Shown here: piece after piece, positions 19,901 through 28,699 of the stretch | Layout of the letters: each line of letters begins with the position of its first letter | How positions within the stretch are numbered: position 1 is the first letter of the stretch | Source: an uncultured Lentisphaera sp. | GTDB lineage: Bacteria; Verrucomicrobiota; Lentisphaeria; Victivallales; GWF2-50-93 | DNA length: 64,000 bases | NCBI GenBank assembly: GCA_964426675.1 | Contig: CAYRRM010000002.1 | Coordinates: 1-64,000 of the forward strand | Direction of reading: 5' to 3' | Program-made: the position numbers and the translations under genes | The notes under the pieces: model-generated | What the model was told of the DNA's origin: nothing | Databases searched by the model: none | The model's input: only the letters and a program-made list of their open reading frames with translations

Positions 19901-22310
19901 GAGGATTCTGATCCCCATGGTAGCCATTTGCATTATGATTCATTGCATACATTATTATTGATGGATGGTTTTTAACACGTGAAATAAGCCATTCGGTGAT
20001 TTCTGCATAACTTTTTACTGCAGATTCGTTATTAAACCAGTCAAAATTTTTGACATGCGGTAATGAGAATGAAAGCAGTATTCCACTCTGGTCTGCGGCT
20101 TCAAGAATTGAGTCCATATATGACACGTCGCCAGGAGCAAAATCATAATTGCCTGTAATAAAAAAATTAAAACCATATGCTTTCATTCTTTTACAAAGAT
20201 TAATTCCAGCTGAAAAATCACATTTATCGGCAAAATCGGCAATGCTGTTTACCCATAGAGCTCTTAATCTTATCAATTTACCATTTAGAAAAAAGTTTTT
20301 ACCATCTATTTTAAATTCCCTAAAACCAAATTTTACAGGAAAAAATTCATCTATTTTTTCACCCTTTTCATTTTGAAGGGTTATTTTGGTTGAGTAAAGA
20401 TTATGGGGAGCATTTGTATCCCATAAGAGAGGATCTTTCCATTCATCTGAAAGGATATAAGTATCATTTTCATCTGAAAAAACGATTTTATCTGATTTGA
20501 AAAATTTTATTTGTTTATTAGAAGCATCAAAAATTTCTGAAGAGAGAAAATAATTTCCTGGTATAACTCTGGCAACTTTTATTTTAAAAGTAATCTTTTT
20601 TTCGGATACAGAAGTAATTACGTGAACATCCGTGATAGAATTTGTTTTGGGTTCTGAATACAGAAAAAGATCTCCAGTTATTCCCTTGAGTTTAACGACT
20701 GCTTTACTGGCAATAACGCGATCTGGAGCCATAAAAACTTTTTTTTCAGCCTCGAGAGGCCTTGCTGTAACAAGTAAAGTTAATCTATGTTTTTTACCGG
20801 GGATTACTGAATCGGTAATATCAAAATTTCCTCCTGGAAACCATTTTTCTCCAATATATTTTCTATCAATAAATATTTTTGCGTGTGTTTGTAACATTGT
20901 AAAATCGAGGTAAATTTTTCTATCATTCCAGGAGAGAGGTACCTCAATTTCTCTTTCATACCAGAGTTGCTCTATATTTTTTCCATTGAGCATATCTTCT
21001 GCCATTGGAGGAAAAAGAAATTTTTGCGTTGACTCTTTTAATGTCCAATCTGTTGTTGGCCAAATACCGGGAACCTTAAACCACCCCCATCCAACTCCTT
21101 CTGGAGGAGGGATTTCTTCATTTTTTACTTCGGGTATAACCCTCCATAGGCCATTAATACAAATCTTTTCTCTGCTAAAATTTGTAAGTTTCCATGCTTG
21201 ATTAATATCCCATGGATTTTTGTCAGCGGTTTCTGGCAGAGGCATATCACCTTTAAAATTGAGGGAAGTTAATTTTACAGTAATATCTGAGAATTCAACT
21301 TGACCTGAAGTGCCAAAATTAGCCGGATTCAGGATCAGGGCTGTTGCTCCAGGAGGGATTTTATAATCGCGCTCACAGTAAATCCAATCATCAGAAGATC
21401 CCGACCAATTAAAAACATCAGGCCAATCTCCTACTCTATTTCCAGAGTCATCTGCGAAATTCATCGCCATCCTGGCATTTTGCCAGTTTTCTTTATCTGG
21501 AATCACATTTTTGTATCTTGCTTTAAATGAAATTTTTAATGTTCTCCATGTAGGTTCAAGTTCTATAATTTTCTGAAGGCTTTTTTTTCCTCCTTCTATC
21601 ATAAGCCATCGCTTTCCATTCTCAGAAGGATAACTTATTCCATCTCTTTTAGTCCAGCCATCGGGGAGATCATCATTGTTAGAGTCTTCTTTAAAATCAC
21701 CATTATTAAGAATATTACTGTTTAGCTTTTTGAAGTCGGAATCATCCGGTTCATAACGGTCTTTTTTTATTTTGCTTACAGTCAGATTGATCTCGCTAAA
21801 TTCAACAATTCCATTTTTCCCAAAATTCGCTGGTTGAAGGAGGAGATAATCCGCACCTTCCGGTATTTTATATTCGCGTTCAAAATATACCCAACCATTT
21901 GAATTTCCTATTTCGCCCCATACGTCTGGCCAATTTCCTACCCTTTTCCCATTTTTATCATTGAAAACCATAGCCATCCTGGCCGTTTTCCAATCTTGAT
22001 CGCCTACTTCGACATCTTTATACCTGACTTTAAAGGATAGCTTCAATTGCATCCATGAATTTTTTAGTGGAATTTTTGTTGCGGCAAAATGATTTCCTCC
22101 TTCTATTTTTAATAACCTTTTGCCGCTTTCAATAGGATATGAAATACCTTCAGATACCTCCCATCCATCAGGTATCCCGTTATTATCCCTATCAATACTA
22201 AAATCTGAATTAAGAATAATGTTTTCTCCTGGAAGAAAAAGGGGAAATATAACAAATATGAATAAAATCACTGGTAAAGTGTGAAAGGATGATTTCATTT
22301 TTTTCTCCAT
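16983..22310 (-). CDS. giant secreted multidomain glycoside hydrolase (GH2-like sugar-binding and TIM-barrel regions) with two tandem N-terminal CBM-like modules of about 150 aa
   Basis: The product is 1775 aa with a signal peptide. The true start is probably the ATG at 22298. Internal repeats span aa 30-178 and 199-348. GH2-type W-rich sugar-binding motifs occur mid-protein and C-terminally. Confidence 0.6.
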   Translation of the reverse strand: MEKKMKSSFHTLPVILFIFVIFPLFLPGENIILNSDFSIDRDNNGIPDGWEVSEGISYPIESGKRLLKIEGGNHFAATKIPLKNSWMQLKLSFKVRYKDVEVGDQDWKTARMAMVFNDKNGKRVGNWPDVWGEIGNSNGWVYFEREYKIPEGADYLLLQPANFGKNGIVEFSEINLTVSKIKKDRYEPDDSDFKKLNSNILNNGDFKEDSNNDDLPDGWTKRDGISYPSENGKRWLMIEGGKKSLQKIIELEPTWRTLKISFKARYKNVIPDKENWQNARMAMNFADDSGNRVGDWPDVFNWSGSSDDWIYCERDYKIPPGATALILNPANFGTSGQVEFSDITVKLTSLNFKGDMPLPETADKNPWDINQAWKLTNFSREKICINGLWRVIPEVKNEEIPPPEGVGWGWFKVPGIWPTTDWTLKESTQKFLFPPMAEDMLNGKNIEQLWYEREIEVPLSWNDRKIYLDFTMLQTHAKIFIDRKYIGEKWFPGGNFDITDSVIPGKKHRLTLLVTARPLEAEKKVFMAPDRVIASKAVVKLKGITGDLFLYSEPKTNSITDVHVITSVSEKKITFKIKVARVIPGNYFLSSEIFDASNKQIKFFKSDKIVFSDENDTYILSDEWKDPLLWDTNAPHNLYSTKITLQNEKGEKIDEFFPVKFGFREFKIDGKNFFLNGKLIRLRALWVNSIADFADKCDFSAGINLCKRMKAYGFNFFITGNYDFAPGDVSYMDSILEAADQSGILLSFSLPHVKNFDWFNNESAVKSYAEITEWLISRVKNHPSIIMYAMNHNANGYHGDQNPLKLDGTYMPERLKSEIEKGKKGSYIERREKSEKAASIAKKIDPTRPVYHHQCGNLGDIYTVNCYLNWAPRQERSEWLEHWSKNGVKPFFFVEWGLPHIASWSSYRGPEFIWRCLAYQSVWDSEFSAAITGEKAYNMTPKKIELIEAEEKNFAIGKPFHWSIFVPTLSSMEENYREITSYYASDNWRSHRAWGVSSILPWDQASLWQRVKETPDKDNPLKYKTLQKPGIVPDFFHSGAQFINDPGDESNFIPSSLGKIFLKNNMEYLGFVGGYPKFTDKSHNFLPGENIAKQLVIINDSRENVKCKYSWKIESTNIEGRGEVELKPGEIKFCPIKFKAPEKKQSLKMIAEFNFEEKWKCSDIFSFNILKLNLANINIDSEVYLFDPKGDTTRLFDESSINYKKIVSYSDFEPDENRILIIGKNALQEKDANHDFSKSDKPLKMIVFEQNEISLSNKLGFRINIYGFRNLFIRSKNHPVLTGIDEDMLRDWRGESTLTPPYLTDLEEFEEHDPQWEWCGFLNTRVWRCGNSGNVASIVIEKPERGNWLPIVDCGFDLQYSPLIEYSEGNKKIIFCQLDVSGRTENDPVALQITKNIVKYLDKVHIEKIRSVYYDGNQEGANLLEALGVKFSKLNNEKITPLNSLVVIGPNSKSSSLKDLVYQGANLLTIGLDEKTISNILPNMLKMEHFTGFSSTMENMTAKELNGISNSELHFRGKFSFDAFTEKDRDSVEMLKILKVGNGTVALVQIAPWNIDYTTKPYQRTTYRRNCFLISRLLANLHATMTTQLLANFARTPSSSILRLVKDWKGVPDKDNIGESAGWMKENFDDSTWEPILVPGMFDLLRKDLNGYDGFFWYRLKFTLPQEFENEDELTLELGGIDDESWTWLNEQFLGELTKTTNPKNYWNAPRTYTFKTEILRKKEKNTLVVKVNDTYMNGGFREQPRIKRKSAPWINSYYLQNPIAEDDPYRYYRW

Positions 22311-22322
22311 TTTTTTTATTAT

Positions 22323-23426
22323 TTATATTTTTTGGATGGCAACATTCTTTATGGTGGAAATAGTTTGACCTTTTATAAAAATAGGGTTAAATAAAATGTA
22401 TCTTTCATGAATATTATTTTTATTAAATAACAAATCTACTGCTGCCTTTCCCATTTCCGCAAGAGGTTGAACCATACACGTCATAAGCAACCCTGTTTCA
22501 TCATTGAAATTAGCAGAAGCCTTGTAATTTATTATTGACAGTTCATCAGGAATAATTAGTCCATTGTTAAGCAATTCAGAAACATATTTTGTTACAAAAT
22601 CATAGCCAACGATTATAGCAGCAGTATAGTTTCTATTTGAAATAAATTCTCTCGCATATTTTATCCCTTCATTTGAATGATCTTTATATTTTATAATTAA
22701 AGTAGGATCTAATTTGAGACCAGAACTTTTTATGCCATTTTTGTAACCTTCTATTCGTGCTAACGCAGATGGAATGTGATTAAAATTCTTTGTAATATCA
22801 AAAAATGCAATACGTTGGTGTCCCATTGATACAAGTTTTTTAACGGCGGTATATATACAATACTCATGATTTACCTCAACATATGGAATATTTGCCCCAT
22901 CAGACGGAGTACCGATACTAACGCAAGGAATATTCTTTCTCAAAATAGGCTCTACAAATTTTTTATCTGAAAGAGAACCTGAGAGAATCACTCCACTACA
23001 ACTATCTTTTTTTATACTATGTTCTACATAAGTTATAAAATCATTAGCTAAAGGAATATTTTTTAGGAAAACAGGACAGTCCTTATCAAGCAATCCTTCA
23101 TGAACTCCAGACAAAATTTCAGTACCAAAGAAATCATGTATATGTGGATTTACGGTTATAACATAAACTGGTTTAATTAATGGTGCTGGTACTTCTGTTT
23201 TTGACTTTATTACAACGGTTCCTTTTCCTTGAATACGTTTTAAATAACCTTTCTCAACTAAAACTGAAATAGCAGCACGAACAGTAACCCGACTTGCTCC
23301 AGTCATAGCCATTAAGTCATTTTCAGATGGAATACAAATTCCAGGAGGATATAAACCTGTTTCAATGGCATTCAAAAGCCGTAACTCTATCTGTTTTTTC
23401 TTGCTATGAACCACTTCATTAATCAT
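22323..23426 (-). CDS. transcriptional regulator with a GntR-type wHTH fused to a LacI/PBP1 sugar-binding domain
   Basis: LMAMTGASRVTVRAAISVLVEKGYL is the HTH. The C-terminal fold is periplasmic-binding-like. The gene sits divergent from and adjacent to the GH locus. Confidence 0.7.
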   Translation of the reverse strand: MINEVVHSKKKQIELRLLNAIETGLYPPGICIPSENDLMAMTGASRVTVRAAISVLVEKGYLKRIQGKGTVVIKSKTEVPAPLIKPVYVITVNPHIHDFFGTEILSGVHEGLLDKDCPVFLKNIPLANDFITYVEHSIKKDSCSGVILSGSLSDKKFVEPILRKNIPCVSIGTPSDGANIPYVEVNHEYCIYTAVKKLVSMGHQRIAFFDITKNFNHIPSALARIEGYKNGIKSSGLKLDPTLIIKYKDHSNEGIKYAREFISNRNYTAAIIVGYDFVTKYVSELLNNGLIIPDELSIINYKASANFNDETGLLMTCMVQPLAEMGKAAVDLLFNKNNIHERYILFNPIFIKGQTISTIKNVAIQKI

Positions 23427-23695
23427 ATTTTATTAAAAAGTTGTATTATTTAAATATAAGATATTAATTTATCTAAAAATTTCAAATACAAAAAATATTT
23501 TTTTATATTTTTAAATGTAATTACTTTATAATTAATAAGTTATATTCTTAAAAAAAAATAAAAATATTTTCTCTTTTAAAATTTGACTTTTAATTATTAT
23601 AATTTATATTTATAATAAAAAAATATATATTTGTATTATTAAATTATTATCAAAATGATTGATTTTTCCAGAAAAGAAGTTAACTATTAATTAAA

Positions 23696-24472
23696 ATGGA
23701 GAAGAATATGAAAGCTTATCTTAAAAAAGAGAAAATCATAGTTTATAAAATCTCCTTTACTTTGATAGAATTACTTGTTGTTATCTCTATTATAGCTGTT
23801 TTATTAGCATTACTCCTTCCTTCTCTAAAAGCAGCCAAAGAGTTTGCAAAAAGTATTCAATGTAAAAATAATCTGAGGCAAATTGGGCTTACGATGTTTA
23901 ATTTTAGTTCAGAGCATGATGGTTACCTTCCGTGTACATTCACAAACGATAAGGTTTCTGATCATCAGGATGAGTTGTTTCCTGAAGATGCTTATATGCT
24001 TCCAACTGGTAATCCACGTTGGTTTCAAAATTCTCCCAGCAATACTTATTGGGAATATTTTAAATCTTGTGCCAAATTATTATGTCCTTCAAACGCCAGA
24101 CTAGATATTATTAGAACAAAAGCTTTGATAAATATTAATTCTGGTTCTGACGATGCAGTTACATATGCGGTATCTGATAGAATTTCCAGATGGCAGTGTT
24201 ATGGGGCCTCTGTTCATTACAAAGCAAAACTGGATAAAATAGATCCCAAAAAATTTATGTTTACTGACAGATCAGATTTTGCTACTACAACCGGTGGGGG
24301 ACAGACAACATTTTTTTACGCTAAGTCAGTAATGACCGCAACTTTTGAACAAATAGGTTGGCCTCATAAAGGGGTAAATTCAATTCACTTTGATGGACAT
24401 ATTGATTTTTTTCATTTTAATCACCGCCCAATTTCTCAAAATGACCCACCATTTCAGCCATGGTTATTTTAA
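23696..24472 (+). CDS. prepilin-type N-terminal cleavage/methylation domain protein with DUF1559-like domain
   Basis: [24 protein letters not shown] is the prepilin-type TM helix. The likely start is the ATG at 23708, with a GGAG 6 nt upstream. Confidence 0.8.
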   Translation: MEKNMKAYLKKEKIIVYKISFTLIELLVVISIIAVLLALLLPSLKAAKEFAKSIQCKNNLRQIGLTMFNFSSEHDGYLPCTFTNDKVSDHQDELFPEDAYMLPTGNPRWFQNSPSNTYWEYFKSCAKLLCPSNARLDIIRTKALININSGSDDAVTYAVSDRISRWQCYGASVHYKAKLDKIDPKKFMFTDRSDFATTTGGGQTTFFYAKSVMTATFEQIGWPHKGVNSIHFDGHIDFFHFNHRPISQNDPPFQPWLF

Positions 24473-24611
24473 GAGGGGATTAATATTTTCAGGATTAATT
24501 AATACTTTCTCTTATTAGACCGTTCCAAAAAAAATCCTCGTTTTCCTATTGTTTTTAGAAGGGATTACTGTATAATTATGTATAATATAGACTACAAAAA
24601 TCTCTTTTTAT

Positions 24612-25391
24612 ATGAAAATTAAAGGTTTGTTTACATTGATAGAACTTTTAGTTGTAATTGCAATAATAGCAATCCTGGCCTCTCTTCTTCTTCCAGCCTT
24701 ACAAAGAGCTAAAGAAAGTGCGCGAACTATTGCATGTGTTGAAAATATGAAACAGATTGGTTATGCACATAATTGTTATATAAGCGATTTCAATGAGTAT
24801 ATTACTCCTTCGTATATGACTGATAATGGACAGAAACCATCATATAACTATCCTGCGTTTTGGAGTCCATGCTGGAGTTCATACGTTTTCTTGGGACAAT
24901 ATCTTTATACTGTAAAAGACCCTACGAACTATCTTAACTGTCCAAATGGTTATGGGTGGTGGGTTTTTATCGACCCTAAATTTAATTGCCCTACAGGTCA
25001 ACCTTTTTATGCTCCTTTAGGTTGGGATCATCTTGCTCAGATAAGATATGGGATGCGTACAGATATAGGATGGATTGGCAGTATTGCGGATTGGAATACT
25101 AAGATGGTTCATATTTCAAGGATTCAAAGCGCATCGCGAGAACCTCTGATATTTGATTGTATTATCGAAAGATTCTGTCCAGGTTATTCTTGTGAATTCT
25201 ATGGCACAAAAGATGGAACAGCAGATAATTGGGGCGCTGGAAATCCTACGTCTATGTACAATTGGGCAAGGAGGCATGGTGGAGGAAAGAATTCGGGTAA
25301 TATTTTATTTATTGATGGTCATGTTTTAACTTCTTCTAATGTAAGAAATATGTATTTATCAGGAGATATTCTCTGGAAATGGTATCCATAA
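24612..25391 (+). CDS. prepilin-type N-terminal cleavage/methylation domain protein with DUF1559-like domain
   Basis: [29 protein letters not shown] is the prepilin-type TM helix. Confidence 0.8.
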   Translation: MKIKGLFTLIELLVVIAIIAILASLLLPALQRAKESARTIACVENMKQIGYAHNCYISDFNEYITPSYMTDNGQKPSYNYPAFWSPCWSSYVFLGQYLYTVKDPTNYLNCPNGYGWWVFIDPKFNCPTGQPFYAPLGWDHLAQIRYGMRTDIGWIGSIADWNTKMVHISRIQSASREPLIFDCIIERFCPGYSCEFYGTKDGTADNWGAGNPTSMYNWARRHGGGKNSGNILFIDGHVLTSSNVRNMYLSGDILWKWYP

Positions 25392-25574
25392 AATTCCCAT
25401 TTAGTCTTTTTATAGAGGAATGTCAATCAATATCTTTTTTTTATTATCTATATGTGACATATCAATTCCTGAAAGAGTCCTATTGTAGGGTCTGCTGAAA
25501 AAAGATTTTTGAGTTTTGGGCAAAAAGTTTTTTGCGCATACTTCTATATTTTATGAAAAATTTATCTTCATTCC

Positions 25575-25844
25575 CTATGCGTCTAAGCCTTCGGCTTGGA
25601 TCATGCTCTGACGATTGCGGTTGGTTTTCAGGTTCATTCCGAGAAGCCCCAGCTGCGTATCCAGCGCAGGACGCCCAAGCCTGGAAAGCTTCGAGGCGTA
25701 TTCACGCCCCTCCTCCCACGGAACCATGCCGGACATCTTCATCCACCTGTTATCCGGATCCAAGCCGCCACCAAAAGGAAAAATATTCTGGAACAGCTCT
25801 CCGGTATACCTATTCTTTTTTCTGTATATCTGAATGTCCTCCAA
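25575..25844 (-). pseudogene. IS5-family transposase N-terminal fragment (DUF772-like), truncated
   Basis: LFQNIFPFGGGLDPDNRWMKMSGMVPWEE...GRPAL resembles the IS5/IS1182 N-terminal domain. Only 89 aa are intact. GC content here is well above the flanking DNA. Confidence 0.6.
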
Positions 25845-26062
25845 TTTGACGGCTCAAGTGGGAGGTTTTTGAAGTGACATCTTGATATTCCTTGCAATTT
25901 AAACCATTTTTTGATAACATTATACTATATAAATATTTACTTATCAAGTTATTATATAATATTTTTTGAATTTTTCAGTAAAGCCTAAATAGTTTTCTGT
26001 TTAATATTCAATTTTTTAGGCGGATTTTTTTTTGAAAACCAAGTAGAAAGAGTCTTTTTTAA

Positions 26063-26117
26063 GGGCTGGCAATGGAGCTAAGCGGAATTACCGTCCGTGT
26101 GCAGCGCCTTGTTAGGC
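26063..26117 (-). other. integron attC site, truncated (R'' GCCTAAC present on the minus strand, R' side replaced by AT-rich DNA)
   Basis: AGCGGAATTACCGTCCG...TTGTTAGGC is about 85% identical to the internal arm of the attC at 26930-27004. It lacks the partner GTTRRRY box. Confidence 0.6.
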
Positions 26118-26132
26118 ATTTTTGCTTCGCTT

Positions 26133-26462
26133 TCATCCAAACGCAAACCCAAGTATCATGAGAAAGATCGTGCCCACAAGAGATACAACTGATAACACAG
26201 TGCCCAAGATAGCAAAAATCTTATTTCTATCTTTCTGCAAGAGCCCACCAATACCCAAACCAAGGGCGAGAAGGTCACCCGAAAGGAAGGCAAAAAGAAA
26301 AAGGCCAAGCATAACCGCGCCAGCAGACTCTTCATCAATACCTCCTGGAATAGATGCTTCCATAACTGCGCCGATTACGATAATCAGGAAAATGAAGGTT
26401 CCTGAGACGATGCTTATGATGAATGATGCAATTCCAAGCCCTGAGTGTTTTTGCTCTTGCAT
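26133..26462 (-). CDS. gene-cassette ORF 1: small membrane protein (109 aa, 3-4 TM helices)
   Basis: It lies between two attC sites. Coding statistics are consistent with the GC-rich island. No recognisable family. Confidence 0.5.
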   Translation of the reverse strand: MQEQKHSGLGIASFIISIVSGTFIFLIIVIGAVMEASIPGGIDEESAGAVMLGLFLFAFLSGDLLALGLGIGGLLQKDRNKIFAILGTVLSVVSLVGTIFLMILGFAFG

Positions 26463-26484
26463 ATGTTAGTCCTTATTTTTTGAT

Positions 26485-26543
26485 GCCTAACGTGGGCATC
26501 AGCGGCGCGGTCCTTCCGCGTCCGCTGGAGTGCTTTGTTGGGC
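26485..26543 (-). other. integron attC site (59-be): minus strand reads GCCCAAC-(45 nt imperfect palindrome)-GTTAGGC
   Basis: The boxes are canonical R'' RYYYAAC and R' GTTRRRY. The inner L''/L' arms pair as CAGCGGaCGCGG with CCGCGCCGCTG, giving extrahelical bases. Confidence 0.75.
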
Positions 26544-26909
26544 AATGGGATCTGACCATTTTCTTCTGCTTAAAATTCCAAATGGCGTAAACATTGGCCA
26601 GATCCACAATAGATTCCACCAATTCAATCCGATAGTGCTTAGACCGCCGTATGACCATATGGCCCAAGCTACAGATAGGAAAAATATCCCATATGGCGCG
26701 AGCATTAGCTTCCAATAATGCGTTGAAGCAAAACGCCATGGTGAGAAAAAAAGAATTGTGAAAACAGAGACGCCAACCAGAGCTATACCCAATACCCCCT
26801 GCTCTATTTTTTCTTGGAAAAGAAAGACAATGGAGAGTACGAGAACCCAGATAAAACCACCGAGCCAACCCGCCGTCCAACCGATTTTTTCACCTATTCT
26901 GTCTTTCAC
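26499..26909 (-). CDS. gene-cassette ORF 2: small membrane protein (about 136 aa)
   Basis: A GTG start at 26909 is preceded by GAGGTG 6 nt upstream and sits just after the R' box of the upstream attC. The upstream ATG proposed in the ORF track would run through the attC. Confidence 0.5.
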   Translation of the reverse strand: MKDRIGEKIGWTAGWLGGFIWVLVLSIVFLFQEKIEQGVLGIALVGVSVFTILFFSPWRFASTHYWKLMLAPYGIFFLSVAWAIWSYGGLSTIGLNWWNLLWIWPMFTPFGILSRRKWSDPIAQQSTPADAEGPRR

Positions 26910-26929
26910 TGTTTCACCTCTTGATAAGA

Positions 26930-27004
26930 GCCCAACGTTCCGCATAACCGGCTGGCAATTGACAGCAGCGGAATTGCCAGTCCGAGTTGACGCGGTTGTT
27001 AGGT
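26930..27004 (-). other. integron attC site: minus strand reads ACCTAAC-(61 nt)-GTTGGGC
   Basis: R'' and R' boxes are canonical. The internal arm is shared with the truncated site at 26063-26117. Confidence 0.75.
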
Positions 27005-27010
27005 TTCCAT

Positions 27011-27577
27011 TCATATTTCAAGCACATCAGGTGTTCGGCTACGGATGCTTTGAATGAAATAATTGAGTGTTTCTGGCCACAGAAGCGCTGCATTGGTTGG
27101 GCTCGCAGGGGGCGGTGCCCAGCTACCCGTAATCTTTCCTGCTTTGATCGAACCGTCAAGATACAGGAACTCGTAAATTGGACCATCAACGTCGTTATCC
27201 ATGCGTTGAAAGTCATTGCGATTTACCAGCAAGGGATCTTCGTCTATGAAAAGGCCGTTGAGGCGCAATAAGATCGGGGTCCAGCCGTTATCAGAATAAC
27301 CCCAGACATCCATAACCTCATATAAAGACAAGTTTGTCTTGTTCTGTTTTGGCTTCAGATCGATCAGAAGGGTGCTGTCCAAGTAATCAGGATGTCTGCC
27401 CAATTCGCTAACTATATCGACATGCCATTTACAAGGTTCTCCTTGATCGGGCGGCAGCTTAAGGCCTAACAGCCAGGGAATAAATCCATTATTAGATCCG
27501 AAAAGAGAGACTTGTTCTTTGAACTCATATCGATTTGCGTTTGTTGCGAGGCGAGTTCTTTTGTATAGGGCATACAT
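27011..27577 (-). CDS. gene-cassette-like ORF 3: hypothetical protein (188 aa)
   Basis: A GGAGG RBS lies 6 nt upstream. The stop is 7 nt before the attC R'' box. Confidence 0.5.
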   Translation of the reverse strand: MYALYKRTRLATNANRYEFKEQVSLFGSNNGFIPWLLGLKLPPDQGEPCKWHVDIVSELGRHPDYLDSTLLIDLKPKQNKTNLSLYEVMDVWGYSDNGWTPILLRLNGLFIDEDPLLVNRNDFQRMDNDVDGPIYEFLYLDGSIKAGKITGSWAPPPASPTNAALLWPETLNYFIQSIRSRTPDVLEI

Positions 27578-27773
27578 AACATCCTCCTAATGTTAATAGT
27601 TGGAAATCCTTTTCCTAGATTAGTATATTGCGATATTCGCAAAAGTCGAGCTTAAAATCTTTTGAACTGGCAATATTCTATTTGCTGAAAGGGTATAATT
27701 CAGTTTTATATTGGAATTACCATGTATATATGGAATTTTCAGATAAAGGAATTGGGCTTATTGATAGTATTTC

Positions 27774-28265
27774 TTAATTATTTATTTGAGGTTTACTTAT
27801 TGCTGCTCTACCGGTACGACTCATTTCTATTATTCCAAAAGGTCTTACAAGTTCAATAAAGTCTGAAATCTTTTCATCCCTTCCAGATAGTTCTATTCCA
27901 ATTTCATCAATTCCAACACACACAATTTTCCCCTCAAATATTTCAACCAATTCTATAATCTGCGACCGCGTCTCAGCTGTAGTTTTAACTTTCATAAGTA
28001 AGAGTTCTCGTTCTATAAAATTTCCAGGACTGGTGAAGTCAATAACTTTTATGACATCTATCAGTTTGCTAACCTGTTTATCTATCTGCTCTATGATCCT
28101 ATCATCGCCTGATGTTACAATAGTCATCCTCGATATTTTCGGATTTTCCGTTGTATTCACTGATAATGATTCTATATTGTAACCTCTACCGCTAAAAAGT
28201 CCTGCAACTCTGGCAAGAACACCAAATTTATTTTCAACGAGAACTGATATGGTATGTTTTTTCAT
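27774..28265 (-). CDS. ilvH: acetolactate synthase small (regulatory) subunit
   Basis: ISVLVENKFGVLARVAGLFSGRGYNIESLSV...SRMTIV is the ACT-domain IlvH/IlvN signature over 163 aa. Confidence 0.85.
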   Translation of the reverse strand: MKKHTISVLVENKFGVLARVAGLFSGRGYNIESLSVNTTENPKISRMTIVTSGDDRIIEQIDKQVSKLIDVIKVIDFTSPGNFIERELLLMKVKTTAETRSQIIELVEIFEGKIVCVGIDEIGIELSGRDEKISDFIELVRPFGIIEMSRTGRAAISKPQINN

Positions 28266-28298
28266 TTTTCTCCTTTTTCTCCCTTTTTTTATTTCATT

Positions 28299-28697
28299 CT
28301 ATTCTGCTTGAGTGACAAGTGAAACTTCTTTTATTCCAGCTTCTTTTGCTACTTTCATAATTTCCATTACTTCTTTATATTGCCTACTTCCATCTGCTCG
28401 AATCAATAGTGATAATTTATTGTTAAGAGTACGCGCTTTTATTAGCTCTTCTTTTAATTCGGAAATTATACATTTTTTTTTATCAAACTGAATTATACCA
28501 TTTTTATCGAGATTTATCACTTTAAAATTTTCATCAGGTAATTTTTCAGCGTTCATTTCTGGTGGGGTTACATTAACGCCATACTCCATCAATGGGACTG
28601 TTATCATAAAGGTTATAAGAAGCAAAAAGGTAAGGTCTATAAGGGGCGTCATGTTAATATCATCTATAAGCCTTAATTGAGACCTTTGCCGTGGCAT
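28299..28697 (-). CDS. exbD: ExbD/TolR biopolymer transport protein
   Basis: TPLIDLTFLLLITFMI is the N-terminal TM helix and the size is typical. Confidence 0.8.
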   Translation of the reverse strand: MPRQRSQLRLIDDINMTPLIDLTFLLLITFMITVPLMEYGVNVTPPEMNAEKLPDENFKVINLDKNGIIQFDKKKCIISELKEELIKARTLNNKLSLLIRADGSRQYKEVMEIMKVAKEAGIKEVSLVTQAE

Positions 28698-28699
28698 AA

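Noticed and set aside
25532-27271. Multiple overlapping ORFs on the plus strand of the GC-rich islet (for example 25532-25849, 26122-26469, 26758-27057)
   Set aside because: High GC content suppresses stop codons. They lie antisense to the better-supported minus-strand cassette ORFs, which have RBSs and are separated by attC sites.
25575-27773. Integron integrase (intI) adjacent to the attC array
   Set aside because: No ORF in or beside the islet shows tyrosine-recombinase motifs. The islet is flanked by ilvH on one side and an IS5 remnant on the other, so it is reported as an integrase-less cassette array (CALIN).
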